A DNA stretch of 64,000 nucleotides from Octopus sinensis (taxonomy: Eukaryota). The translations under genes and the position numbers were made by a program. Below, piece after piece: positions 1 to 13,919 of this stretch (its first letter is position 1; each line of letters opens with the position of its first letter). The stretch lies in NCBI RefSeq assembly GCF_006345805.1, contig NC_042999.1, positions 17,856,001 to 17,920,000 of the forward strand, read 5' to 3'. The notes under the pieces are model-generated. The model was not told the origin of the DNA, made no database searches, and saw only the letters and a list, made by a program, of their open reading frames with translations.

Positions 1-231
1 TGTATCAGTGTGTATGTACATGCGTATGTTTCTATTGTAAAATGTGTATAAGCCATATAGGTGTACGTACATTGTACATACATACGTACATATTCGAAAA
101 AGTGCATCACCATCGACATTTTTCTTGAACGCTCTCAGAGAGTGGAACATTAAGTATTTTCATTTATTGTTACTCCCTGCATTTCTTTGATCTCTTATAA
201 CAGTGAAGTGCTTTTCTGTGTTTTACTCCAG

Positions 232-258
232 CCGTAGTAAGTACTTTTACTATTTCTG
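232..258 (+). CDS. candidate 27-nt micro-exon (unassigned gene)
   Basis: Pyrimidine tract ttttctgtgttttactccag | 27 nt | donor CTG/gtgagc; open in phase 1 (VVSTFTIS). An alternative 204-236 exon (cag | ... | gtaagt) is also possible. No homology support. Confidence 0.2.
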
Positions 259-402
259 GTGAGCAGGTTGCAGTGATTCGATATTCCCGTTAAAGTGCTT
301 TTGCAAGAGAATCTATTTCAAAAAAAATTTCGACAGCCGCAGAGTAACCAAAACATGTGTAGAATACTAATAAAAAGAATAGCGTTGCAATTTGTAGAAC
401 TC

Positions 403-767
403 ACTACTACTACTACTACTACTACTACTAATACTACTACTACTATCAACACCACTACCACCACCACCACCACCACTTCTACCACTAATACTACCACCAC
501 TTCTACTACTACTACTACCACCATCACTACCACCAACACCACCACCACTACTACTACCACCACTTCTAGTACTACTACTACTACTACAACTGCTTCTACT
601 ACTACAACTTCTACTACTACTACAACTACTACCACCACCACCACCACCACCACCAATAGCACCACCACCACCACCACCAGCAGCACCACCAGCACCACTA
701 CCAATACTACTACAACTACCAGCACCACCAGCACCACCATGAGGACTACTACTACTACTACTACTAT

Positions 768-801
<34 letters not shown>

Positions 802-824
802 GCTGCTGCTACTGCTGCTGCTGC
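403..824 (+). repeat. compound (ACT)n/(ACC)n/(GCT)n trinucleotide repeat
   Basis: Direct reading; explains the poly-Thr, poly-Val and poly-Ser ORFs at 295-975. Confidence 0.95.
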
Positions 825-1488
825 TTCTAAACAGGACAATAATCATAAAAATAAGTACAATACGAATAACAATAGCACTTCTAATATTGTAACAAAAGAA
901 TAATGTGTAGAATAATATCATTAGTATTAATATAAATAACAATACGACAATAAAAAAAGAAATGTCTATTAACAATAAAAATAATAATTATAATGTGCAT
1001 TAGCAAAAAAAAAATAACAGACATTATTGGATTGAAGAGAAAAAATGTAACTAATAACAATATTAATGATACAAGTATTGGCTACGAACGTGATGATGTT
1101 TTATTTAATGTGATGAACGTATCGAGAGACTGGACGTACCATCCATTACTACAGAAATATTTCGAATCAGGATATTGGTGCATTGAACCGGAAACGCATT
1201 AGGATATTCTCTGAGTATGTAGTGAGATAGAAGAATTAATTTGTGAAAGAGAATATAATTCTTTCCTTCGTTTTATTGATTCATATATGATTAGTATTGT
1301 TTTGTCTGTGTTTTTTTGTTCTTTTTTTTGAGATTGTTTTGTTTTTTTTGAGAATACCTCCTGCTTTAGTATTATTCAAATAGTCCGTGAATATTTACAA
1401 AAATACATTCTATTATTAATTTTCGCTAAATCTCATAGAGAGAAATTCTTTGAAATTTACGAAAATATCCGGCGGACCTGAGTACATG

Positions 1489-1817
1489 AATATATATATA
1501 TGTATATTTATATATATTATATATATTCATATATATTCATATATATATATATTTATATATATTTATATATATATATATATTTATATATATTTATATATAT
1601 ATATATATTTATATATTTATATATATATATGTATTATATATATATTTATATATAGTTATATATATATGTATATATAGTTATATATATATATTTTATATAA
1701 TATATTTATATATATTTATATATATATATACTATATATATATTTATATATATTTATATATATATACTTATATATTTATATATATTTATATATATTTATAT
1801 ATATATATACTTATATA

Positions 1818-1864
<47 letters not shown>

Positions 1865-1885
1865 GTATATATATATATATGTATT

Positions 1886-1916
<31 letters not shown>

Positions 1917-1992
1917 GTGTATATATATATATGTATATATATATTTATATATATATATATATAATATATATATATATACGTATATATATATA
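1489..1992. repeat. (AT)n microsatellite with TTTA interruptions
   Basis: Direct reading. Confidence 0.95.
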
Positions 1993-3422
1993 TGCATCTG
2001 CGTTTGTGTGTGTCTGTATGTACCTGTGTTTATGCATGCATGTCCGTTGATGTTGGACGAGACAGAAATATCCAATACACTTTGACTGTTTATCTTATGA
2101 ATTAAGTATCTGTTTTAATAAAACTATATAATATATAAATATGTTTGTGTATGCGTACATGTAAATCTACATATATATGAATCTATTTGCATAAATACGC
2201 GTGCTTGCCTTTATGCGCGCGCGCGCGTGTATATACATGAAGATAAAATATTATTCGGTTTCTGCTTATGAATAACATGATCTTTAAATCGCGAAACTTC
2301 ATTTCAAAATTATAAGGCTTCTTGGTGATAACTATTTCTTTTTATGAACATCACATTTTGGAAGTTTTGCCTTTCGGGCTGTTGGGACTGCAAAACCATT
2401 TCTGAATTATATAAAGACTATCGAATATTAAAATTATATCTTATTTAATTAATCTTCTCAATGAGATCATAATCTGCTGTAGGATTGGTGCAATCTCGTT
2501 TGATGTCTAAATATACACGTATAAATCTCGAATGCCTGTACAATTAACATGGTTATATTTCCTTGTATTATCCGCGTATTTAATATTTTGTTTACCAAGC
2601 CATTCTTTTATGGCTTGAAATAACTCCTCTTGATCTTGTTAGAATGAGATAAACATGATTAGTTAAATGATGGCATTTGCTGAAGTTTTAAGTCTAAGAG
2701 AGAGGAATTATCGTCTGATATTTCGAAAATTATTCATGTTTCAGAACGTTCGTCAAAAGTTAGACCGAAATACATTAATCTATGCATATAATAGTTATGC
2801 TGCCAACAATATTCCCCATATACTTTTGGTATTAGTCAAAATACCGACATTTCCTATTTGAAATATTCTAGCAGTGTTACACTTAAAATTTATTTATGCC
2901 GATATCCATGTGAAATACAATGCTTATTTATGCTGATATACGTGTGAAATACAAGGCGAACAAAACAACCGAAAATAGATATTCAAAGAAAGTTGTCATA
3001 TCATTTTTTCTGATTGAGATGTACATGAAACTTATTATTAATGTAAGTTGATAAATGTCAGATATTGTTCAGGAGATCCAGTCAAACTCATGACGTCCAA
3101 CGGCGTTCCCTTTGGTGTATAGTTAAATATGTATTATATGCATAAAATCTTTGACAATTCAGTTTTTCGTTAAGCTTACCTGAAAATACTGAAAAAAAAA
3201 ATAACAGAAACCTGAGAACTAAAAATGCCAATTCGTTAAAGTTTCGAAATGATAGACAAATTTGTTGAGATTCATAGTGCTTATATCTTTTCAAATGATA
3301 TCTGTGATTCGTACTAAATGCAATTTGTAGTTTTATTCTCACATAAGCTTTCACAAAGGTAGCAGGCTATTCCGCTAAGGTATACATTGTCAAACTTAAT
3401 AAGATTTAAGAGTGTAATATAT

Positions 3423-3820
3423 AGGCGTAGGAGTGGCTGTGTGGTAAGTAGCTTGCTTACGAACCAAATGGTTCCGGGTTCAGTCCCACTGCGTGGCACC
3501 TTGTGCAAGTGTTTTCTACTATAGCTTTGGGCCGACCAAAGCATTGTGAGTGGATTTGGTAGACGGAAACTGAAAGAAGTCCCTCGTATATATGTATATG
3601 TATGTATGTGTATATGTTTATGTTTGTGTTTTTCCCCCAACATCGCCTGACAACCGATGATGGTGTATTTATGTTCCCGTAAATTAGTGGTTCGGCAAAA
3701 GAGACCGATGGAATAAGTACTACGCTTACAAAGAATGACTCCTGGGGTTTATATGCTCGACTAAAGGCGGTGCTCCAGCGTGGCTGCACTCACATGACTG
3801 AAACAAATAAAAGAATAAAG
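3423..3820 (+). mobile_element. tRNA-derived SINE family 1
   Basis: Head GGCGTAGGAGTGGCTGTGTGGTAAG with B-box GGTTCAGTCC, central ccttgtgcaagtg..tactatagc domain, internal (TA/TG)n, tail ggcggtgctccagc..actgaaac plus A-rich end; multiple homologous copies in window. Confidence 0.95.
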
Positions 3821-4257
3821 ACTGTAATAGGTTAGATTGACTAATGAATTTAATCGATGTACATTATTTCCAAGGCAGTTAAAATTAATGGGCAGAAAAA
3901 TTATGAAGTACACAGAACTAAATATAATTATAGAAAAATTTGTGGAAGAGTAAATATGTTTGGAGAACAAATTCCCTAGATGTGAATCTAAGAAAGGCTT
4001 TGTTGCGCTTTGGAATAAGCTTCAACATAATAATCGAGTATTCATTGTCGATCTTTGAAAAACGGAGCATTGAAGCATATAATGAGTATATATTAAATAA
4101 TTTTTAAGAGGCATTTCCCTCGCTGAATTTATATAATGAATTACTGGAAACGTAAGGATAGCAATATAAGGGAGGTAGATTGGATTAATTGTGCTGACTT
4201 CAACAACTAGAAGCAGGAATGTTTGAAGCAATACACGGCACCGAACAAAGTTGGCAG

Positions 4258-4265
4258 TTATATAT

Positions 4266-4319
<54 letters not shown>

Positions 4320-4338
4320 TATATTATATATATATATA

Positions 4339-4393
<55 letters not shown>

Positions 4394-4398
4394 ATACA
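4258..4398. repeat. (AT)n microsatellite
   Basis: Direct reading. Confidence 0.95.
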
Positions 4399-4529
4399 AT
4401 TTAAAAATAGGATAAAATCTTTATAAGAATTTGTCAAGCAGTTAGCGTGAAAAACTTCATAAGAGGAAAAATCCACCAATTTTTTTCTGTGAAATATATT
4501 CATTTATATTATATTGCCCTCAATATAAT

Positions 4530-4561
<32 letters not shown>

Positions 4562-4852
4562 CAGAGAGAGAGAGAGAAGAGAGAGAGAATTAACAAAGAA
4601 CCCAAAATACGAAGACAATAAACAGATGTATTAGCTTAACGCTCGATATATACATTGATGCGTATATAGGAATGTACTGGCTGTTGAATGGTTTACATTT
4701 CTGAAATGGAAGTAAAATAGTTTTCTAGTATAGTCATATGGCATGGAATTCTGTGTGTGTGCGTGTGTGTGTGTGCGTGTGTGTGCATGTGCGTGTGTAT
4801 GTGTGCGTGTGCGTGTGTGTGCATGTGTGTGTGTGTGTGGCGGGTGCTCTTC

Positions 4853-5005
4853 GATTACATCGCCTGCAGTACTCAACAGGCATTTATTTTAAACACCCAG
4901 AAAAGATGAAAGGCAAAGTCAACGTTCATGGAATTCGAACTCAGAGAGTAAAATCGGATAAATGCCACAAATCATTTTGTCCGGGAAGCTAACAATTTTG
5001 TCGGA
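4853..5005 (-). mobile_element. degenerate SINE family 2 fragment
   Basis: gatgaaaggcaaagtcaac..ggaattcgaactcag matches the copy at 16283-16515. Confidence 0.7.
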
Positions 5006-6852
5006 GTGAAATAATACGTATGACATAGGATATTTGGAATTATTTTACTTTTTATATTAAGTATTGTATAAAATACTTCCTAATATCTTCTATTCTTAAC
5101 ACTGAAGCGAGCGTTACTTGTGACACAATTCAGCGTTATCAAATGAAACCAGTTTGCTCAGGACAACTGTCTTCAGTCACAATGCTTTACTTCGTTGTAT
5201 ACTCCTAAACGTAATGAAAATAATTACACTAGTCATGCGCACTTAACAGGTTACATGAAGCTCCTCTACTTCTCAACTTATCTGTTTTAGTACAACACCT
5301 ACGCAGAGCAAAGGGCTATTCTCTTCACAGTCTGAGACGGTTTGATGGTGCATTAGCATAATAGAAATAGATAGAATTCTAACAAAACTCAATTTAAATT
5401 AACTGTATCGTCCCTCTTGCAGTTCTTGGAGAATCAAGCTAGTAAGATTTTGTTGTGTTGACGCCCCCAGACTATTAAGTAGAGTAGCCCAATACGTAGA
5501 TATAGAGGGAGAAATCGAGACGTCGTGAAGTAGCAGTCGTAGTAGACTAGAGCATAGAGAGTGGAGTAGAGTTGAGTAGCAGAGGCATCCGAACGTGCGA
5601 CATAATAGATTTATATTTGATCTCGTCGATATGCTGTTTAATATGACCTGAATACATATAAACATGAAGAAAACTATTTAATTTTTTAAAGTTTCATTAT
5701 GTAATAGGATGCTATTGAGGTTTTCTTGGAGTGAAAATAGTAATACAACTATCTTCCCAGTTGCTTGTTTTCTGCAAGAAGATGAATATCTCATTATCAT
5801 TAACACGAAACAATGAGTTATCAAACACACAGCAATAATATCAGTCTCACCAGGAATATTGTATTCGATACTTCACTTCTGAATCTGTCATCAAATGTAT
5901 GAGAAATCACTATTAAAAGTCTCTGTGCTGCGTAGAATGAACTTCCGTGGCTACTGACCTGGGCGCACGTAATTTCTTTGACTGATATCTCCATTTACTA
6001 GCATTTGAAGTCAAATATTTTCAGACATTTTCACTCTAATAACGGAACCATATTCAGTGAACCATATCATATTGTCTACTACATTCTGTATATTCACACT
6101 TCAGCTGTCAAATGGCTCTGATATTTATTTATGTTATACAATTCTCGAGTAATAACTACAGAAATAACTACACATAAATGTATGTATTGGCGAGATTGCT
6201 GACAAATACAAACAAAAAAATATATTTATACTCTATGTATACGGGAATTCCACCAGTAAATAAGAAGAGCCTATGTTTTATAGTAACAGATGCTTGTGGC
6301 AAAACAGAAAATAAAATCATATCAGAAACTTATCTTATGAGATAATATATTTTCAAAACTATTTTTATTGCGCCACCACAAAGAAAACCTATCTGAAAAT
6401 TGTAAAAAAATAAATATCTTGTCTGCGTTTGGCATTTTCTTTTGTATTAAATTTACTAGAAAAAATATGTTTAGCTTTGCTGTTTTATTGTATGTGGTTC
6501 ATGTTAGAATTTCGTTTACGTTCTTGAGCGAACGTTTCAAAAATCCTATCGAAATAATTATTATAGGGATTAATTTTATTCTCATTCGTCACATACTTGT
6601 TGATGCTATATTCAGATTTTTTGGGGGGGTTTATTAATTCCGCAAATTCTTCGAGTGTTAATAAATCTATTATCGGAATTGATAATTCATTTTGCAGCCA
6701 CTTATGTCCTAATTTTGTTTGCGCATCGCATACGAATTTTTCAGAATTTGGATTATACGTTATACGATTACACCAATTACATTATTCGTTTAATATTTTC
6801 ATGAGGTGGGGAAACATAAGTCCACCGATTTATATGTTCTGTATACTCTCTC

Positions 6853-7246
6853 TCTTTTACTCTTTTACTCTTTTACTTGTTTCAGTCATTTGACTGCGGC
6901 CATGCCTGAAGCACCGACTTTAATCGAGCAACTCAACCCCGGGACTTATTCTTTGTAAGCCCAGTACTTATTCTATCGGTCTCTTTTGCCGAACCGCTAA
7001 GTGGCGGGGACATAAACACACCAGCATCGGTTGTCAAGCAATGCTAGGGGGACAAACACAGACACACAAACAAATACATATATATACATATATACGACGG
7101 GCTTCTTTCAGTTTCCGTCTACCAAATCCACTCACGAGGCTTTGGTCGGCCCGAGGCTATAGTAGAAGACGCTTTCCGAAGGTGCCACTGAACCCGGAAC
7201 CATGTCGTTGGTAAACAAGCTACTTACCACACAGCCACTTCTGCGC
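6853..7246 (-). mobile_element. tRNA-derived SINE family 1
   Basis: Reverse complement of the 3423 copy, with (AAAAGAGT)n tail. Confidence 0.95.
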
Positions 7247-7808
7247 ATACTCCTGTATGTTTGTTTTCTTTGTTCTTTGCTTGGTATTTAGTCACACTAC
7301 CACAAGTTGATCCGATGAGTCCACAAAGCATTACATCTATACATTGCTACCTAAATTAATACCATTTTACATGATATACATTACCGAGTCTGTTTTAATG
7401 AAACCCGTGTTGCTCATGTTGGCGTGCATTTTCTTATTATTACTATGTAATCGTTGAGTTTTATTCCCCGGAAACATCTATATGGTCCATAAGATAGTCG
7501 ATTGTAGCCAATTCTTTTAATGTGTCACTTAGAGTGAAATGAAAGCTACACTCAAATTTAAAACCTATCTAACATAGCATTTGTTCAGATCCTTCTTCTT
7601 TCAGTTTGACTTATTGGTTGTTATGCGACGCACGATGTCAATTTCTACTATGCTGTTAATAATATTATTTTGTTGTTGATGTACGTCTTAGTTTTCCCTC
7701 CGTCGTTTAAATTTTCGTTTCTCTTTTTTTATTTAAAGATTTTTGCTTTCAAATACAAAATCACTCATCGTTAGTAAGGAGAGACAAACAAATAAGAAAG
7801 AAGGCGAA

Positions 7809-7853
7809 GGACCACTGATGAGGTCACAGAAGTGTGACGAAAGAACTCTGGCC
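7809..7853 (+). ncRNA. minimal type I hammerhead-ribozyme-like motif
   Basis: GGACCA-CTGATGA-G-GTCACA gaag TGTGAC-GAAA-GAACTC-TGGCC: core CUGAUGA and GAAA, 6-bp stem II, CUC triplet, short stem I. Confidence 0.55.
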
Positions 7854-8855
7854 GAAATAAGATTTAGAATAATGTAAAAAATAAATAAAGCTGAAGCAAA
7901 TTAACACCAAATATATAGTGCGTGTGTTTTTATTGGCCAAACTGGTAACATGACCATTCCTAATTACAAAATTTTTACTTTCGTTTTACGTTTTCTTTCT
8001 TTTTGAACCTCATATTTATTAACCTGGAAATATATTGTCCTACTTTAGTAACAATGGTGGAGTCCAACCGAAGTGGTCTGTTGTTTGTTCTGCAGACTGT
8101 ATGCACATATTCCTGGAGACAGTCATTTAAAGAAAGTGTAGTTCGTTGGTCATCTATATTAGTGTATTTCTTTATGCCACTGTATAGCTGTCGTTCAAAA
8201 ACGAATGATTTTAGTTTTCTTTTATTGTACAAGTGTTGGGGAAATAATTACAAGCCAATCAATATAGCTAATTAACTATGAACTAATCACAATAAACAAA
8301 ACATTGAAACAATAATAGATAATTCTATCACAATGTAAAACAGTGAAAAGAGTGTTAAGTGAAATTAAGGAGCAGCGACTACTATGTCAAATTATATTTC
8401 TGAAGACCTTGGGAGATAATAAACTGGTGACAGACAAAAGTTTATGGCGCGAACAGAATGATTAGGAATAGTAGGGAAAATACAACACAATGTGGAAAAA
8501 TCTACGGTCAGAGAATCATATTGAGAAAAATAGGTCCACATTGTGTTCATTATACACAGTATAATACCTTCATATTAATAACAGTTAATTAATCGCTGAC
8601 CGTTATTGAATAAAGGGAATGATGAGAAATCCACGTTATAAAATAAGGAGAAATCAAGTCACCATCTGTCTCTTAATAGCCATCGTTATGAATCAATATC
8701 GATGTTTTCAATATACGTTGCAGTGAGGAAGAGAGAATTTGGTGTCGGATATTCAGATCAACGAAAAGCAAAATGTCTACTATGAGAGCTTGAACAAGCA
8801 GCTAGGAAATCTATATATCATCGATAAGCATGGCGTTAATTGTCGAATATTGATT

Positions 8856-9252
8856 CTTTTCTTTTATTCTTTACACTTGTTTCAGTCATCTAACCTCGGC
8901 CATGCTGGAACACCGCCTTTAGTCGAACAAGTCGATCCCAGGACTTATTCTTTGTAAGTCTAGTACTTATTCTAACCTCTCTTTTTGCCGGACCGCTAAG
9001 TGACACAAACACAGCAATATCGGTTTTCGTCGGTGGGAGGACAAACGCAGACACAAATAACAAATATATATACACATACAAACATATATGTACGACGGCC
9101 TTCTTTCAGTTTCCATCTACCAAATCCAGTCACCAAGCTTTGTTCGGCCCGAGGCTTACAGTAGAAGACAGTCTCTCAAGGTGCCACACAGTGAGAATGA
9201 ACCAGGAATCCTGTGATTGGGAAGCAAGATTCGTTCTACACATCCACTCCTT
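8856..9252 (-). mobile_element. tRNA-derived SINE family 1 (diverged)
   Basis: Homologous to other copies along full length. Confidence 0.9.
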
Positions 9253-9668
9253 CACTTATCGAAGTACAAAAAATGAACTAACATGAAGCTGGTAGCGTGA
9301 TTATCTGAACTGTAAACATAATAAGGGTGCCATAATTATATTGAAATCCGCTTCCAAATGACACATAGATATAAATATCGGAGATGGTTTTTCCAAATTA
9401 GAAAACGCTAGAGCAAATCTTAGCATTTGCAACCACTTCTTGTGAATCCATCGCAATGTCAGAAACCCTCGGATAACATCAGCAAGCCACAAGCGTTTTG
9501 CTCCTTTAGCGTGTTCGCAAGGCTTCAGTGGGAGGACTGAATTGATCTTCGGCTGTAAAAGGTTTCCGCATAGAATCTCTGACCAGCTAGAGCCACTTAT
9601 ACCTTGTCTCAACTCTTATGCCTATCCACTTGATTTTCTTTCTTCAGTTGCTTGGGTTCCAGACTCTC

Positions 9669-10085
9669 TCTTTTTACTCTTTTACTTGTTTCAGTCATTT
9701 GACTGCAGCCATGCTGAAGCACCACCTTTAATCGAGCAACTCGACCCCGGGATTTATTCTTTTGTAAGCCCAGTACTTATTCTATCGGTCTCTTTTGCCG
9801 AACCGCCAAGTAATGGGGACACAAACACACCAGCACCGGTTGTCAAGCAATGCTAGAGGGACAAACACAGACACACAAACACACGCACACATATATACAT
9901 ACATATATATATACATATATACGACGGTCTTCCTTCAGTTTCCGTCTACCAAATCCACTCACAAGGCATTGGTCGGCCCGAGGCTATAGTAGAAGACACT
10001 TGCCCAAGGAGTCACGCAGTGGGACTGAACCCGGAACCATGTGGTTGGTAAACAAGCTACTTGCCACACAGCCACTCCTGCGCCT
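9669..10085 (-). mobile_element. tRNA-derived SINE family 1
   Basis: Full-length homolog. Confidence 0.95.
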
Positions 10086-11399
10086 ATAAAGATTTAGCAC
10101 GAGACTATTTATTTCAGTAATAATTTGAATAATATAAATTTGCATTTAGAATAGTGTAGGTCGTATAACTTTTGATAAAACTGATTTATTACTCTTCAAG
10201 CTCGTAGAGATATCAGGCAGTGATTTCCATTGTTAGGTAGCTGCTTGCACTATACGATGAATATGAGGTCTCGCAAATCTGGTGTAAATTTAACGAAATG
10301 CTTCGGATTAAAATATGAATGGTCGAGAAAAGTAAGAATTATAATCCGAATAACTATCTTCATTCGCGAGCAAATTTACCTGTCAGGTTGGTGTAATGCC
10401 ACATAGTATTCATATAACAAATGTCCAAATTGTAAAAGATAAGTGTTAGGGACTCCTCTATCATTTCGTGTAGTATTCTATTATAAAATGTGTAATGTCA
10501 TGTATCCATATCTCAGAAATTCCAAAGGATAATATTATTCTGTGAGGTCTATATAAAAAAACATATCTTCGGGAGATTTCAGAAATGAACTAACATTTAT
10601 TTAACTACATGAATTCCGTAGGATTATAGCCGTTTCACTATCTCACTCATGTTGCATTAATTTCAGTATGAAATAAATTAGCATTCGTAACGGGGTTGTA
10701 TATTAACTATTTAATAGAAGGAAAGAAAACTAGCTCATCAGATCACCGGAGCATGGGTACATCAACAGTTGAAGTCTAAATATACAAACAACATTTATTA
10801 TATTTATGCATAATGAATAGAATGCTAAAACCGGACAATACATTTGATTACAATCAAGTTAATTTGTCTTTTTATTATGGAAAAAAAGTTTTCTTCACTT
10901 ATGAACACCCTATATCATTCCACTAAAATTTTTCGAGAGAAATTTCTAAAAATTCTAAAGAAAGAAAAATATTATAAACGCTAGATAATTAACGAGCCAA
11001 ACAGGAATACTACATGAAATATATTGCCAGAAATCACTTGTTACTTTTTTGCTGAATGACAATTTTTATATTAGTTTAGAGTCTCAATATCATAAGGGGA
11101 ATAGTGGCTTGTATTTAAAGCTTAACGATCAATATTGATGTAAAGATATTGGCAGGAGTGCTGAAAATCTGGAAAATTGAAGTATTTTTGATATTAATTG
11201 TTCCCTTTATTACCTTCGGTGCTAAGGCGTATAAGGATAAAAAACAAAAAAAAAAACAAAATCAAAGAAATAATTGTGATAAAAACGCAATTCAAATTGA
11301 CAGTAATTTAGACTACATTAGAAAACATATTAAGGTATGTGCACATATATACATACACACATACATAAGTGGATATATACGTGTATGAATCTATCTATC

Positions 11400-11403
11400 T
11401 ACC

Positions 11404-11441
<38 letters not shown>

Positions 11442-11451
11442 TGTATATGTA

Positions 11452-11505
<54 letters not shown>

Positions 11506-11569
11506 CATATATATATATATATTTATACATACATATATATATATACATATATATATATTATATATATAT

Positions 11570-11600
<31 letters not shown>

Positions 11601-11634
11601 TATATATATTATACATATATATATATATATATAC

Positions 11635-11674
<40 letters not shown>

Positions 11675-11680
11675 TATTTT
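11400..11680. repeat. (AT)n microsatellite
   Basis: Direct reading. Confidence 0.95.
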
Positions 11681-12225
11681 TACAGATATGATTATGGAAA
11701 TATGTCTAAAGATATATATCAGTATACAGATATATTCTTGCTTGCACACACAACCATATACATACACACACACGGATATTTGCACACATATGCAGATAAA
11801 ATGAAAGTAAAATATATAGAAAACAAAACAATAAGGAAACTACCCGTACAAATATGCGGAGTTTCCCATTAGAGTGCTTCACTGAAACGCATATTATGTG
11901 ATTACTTCAATTCAATGCTCTGTGAATTTAAATATTCTTAATATCGACATTGAAGCTTTGCGTGAGAAAACTATATGCTGGTGTGGGTTAGAATGTCTTG
12001 ACATATTTAAGATGGCGGACAGCAAATTGTTCTTCGGTGCTTAAGACATATCTCTTGCATGCTACCCGTAATATGTAAACATCTCGCCACCAATACACCT
12101 TAACTTCTTATCTAAAATATCTTAAATGTAGTTTTAATCGGGAAATCATTTAAATAACGTTTGCTTCAGAAATACTCGACGTAAAATTATATAAATCTCC
12201 TGGAACAAAAGTCTTCTTTTGTATA

Positions 12226-12605
12226 TAGGCGTAGGAGTGGTTGTGTGGTAAGTAGCTTACTTACCAACCACATGGTTCGGGTTCAGTCCCACTGCTTGGC
12301 ACCTTGGACAAGTGTTTTCTACTATAGTCACGGGTCGACCAAATCCTTGTGAGTAAATTTGGTAGACGGAAACTGAAAGAGGCCCGTCGTATATATGTAT
12401 ATATATGTGTATCTTTCTCTTTTCGTTCCCCTAGCATCGCTTGACAACCGATGCTGGTGATTTTACGTCCTCGTAACTTAGCGGTTCTGTAAAAGTGGCC
12501 GATAGAATAAGTACTAGGCTTACAAAGAATAAGTCCTGGGATCGATTTGCTCGACTAAAGGCGGTGCTCCAGCTTGGCCACATTCAAATAACTGAAACAA
12601 TTAAC
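12226..12605 (+). mobile_element. tRNA-derived SINE family 1
   Basis: Full-length homolog. Confidence 0.95.
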
Positions 12606-12683
12606 AAAAATAATGTTTCTATTACATCTCTGAAGATACACATTTGATCTCGCATTATTTTTGCTTTTCTTTTATCTCTCCAG

Positions 12684-12710
12684 CGTACCCGATGATTTTT
12701 GCGTATGCTG
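12684..12710 (+). CDS. candidate 27-nt micro-exon (unassigned gene)
   Basis: Long polypyrimidine tract ttattttttgcttttcttttatctctccag | 27 nt | consensus donor CTG/gtgagt; open in phase 1 (YPMIFAYA) and phase 2. Confidence 0.3.
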
Positions 12711-13919
12711 GTGAGTGACGTCTAGTAGTGAAAGGTAAAATAGACTAAGGCTACTTACACTGAAGTAACATCGACCATCGTCTTAATATCGGTGAAGGAA
12801 TGATGCATCTATTGGTACTTTAAAAATGATGTTTTACGTGTTCTGGAGTTGCAACTTACAGCTCTTCCGTCGATCTCTCATTTCTGCATTTACCGATTCT
12901 TAAGAGGTAAAAAGAATCAAAATCAAATTTACAGCTGTGTTTTCATCTCTGCCCATCTGACCTTGTTCATTTATTTTCCTCTTCTTGACAAGGCCAACTC
13001 CAAAATAAACCCAATCCTTCGTAGACTACAAATAGCTTGTTTTCCTAACTGAAAACAACAGTCCCCATGATGCTGTTATTCAATTCCACGGTCGTTAGTT
13101 GTGTTTAGTGCGCTACAATTAATACGGAACTGATTGTTATTTCCATTCACTTCAAAGCGAAACATTTGTTGCACCACCCATGTTTTGTCGCACTGTCACA
13201 TAAGCAGGTTCTATACTTTGACAACAGGACATACTAACCCTTGAGAGAAACATCGGTATATAGAGAAAATATAAATTTACACATAGCTTTCGGCTACTTA
13301 CAAATGCATTCTGTAACGGTATAAAAAGGAACCACTTTTAAAAATAATTCAAATATATAAGTCTTCCTCTTTCACTCATTTAAATAAATGTGAGAGAGGG
13401 ACCAATTGATTCAACACATATTTCTGTCGCTCAAATACTTTTGCTTAATGAATTTATTTCTCTTTTAGTAGCCATTTTGTTGATAGAAATATTTACAAAA
13501 TTCTTTCTGACAATTTTTTCCAGCTTTCCACTATTAAGATGTACATTTTCACAGTTTGTTCCTTTGCAGATTGGTGCAGCTGCTGTTGCATTTGAGCTTG
13601 TTGTTAATTATTTCATAACACCCCAGAAAGTATTCCAGTTAAGGTATTTGAATTTTATAATCCTATTATGTATAAGGTGTGACATAGATATTTTCAGGAG
13701 ATTTTCTTCAAAATTTTACTATTTCTTAGTTTGTTCTTCTTGTTTGTTCTCGATCGATCTCCCGTGGAGGCGTTCTCTGCTGGGAATATATCTTTATTGG
13801 AATGATTGCAGAACCTGAATAATAAAATAATGTAAACCTTCACATATACCATTCTGAATAAGTGGGGAGGACACGGTTAGTGTCTCCCTGAAAATTTTCT
13901 ATTCAACAATATCTAAAAT

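Noticed and set aside
295-975. Long ORFs on both strands (poly-Thr, poly-Val, poly-Ser/Gly)
   Set aside because: All are readings of one trinucleotide repeat; no non-repetitive domain supports a mucin-like gene
9380-9470. FPN*KTLEQILAFATTSCES, reminiscent of a hAT C-terminal dimerisation motif
   Set aside because: Too short and degenerate; no TIRs or further transposase motifs seen
13390-13818. 142-aa hydrophobic ORF and a minus-strand acceptor near 13814
   Set aside because: No recognisable domain; the minus-strand frames hit stops within 40 codons
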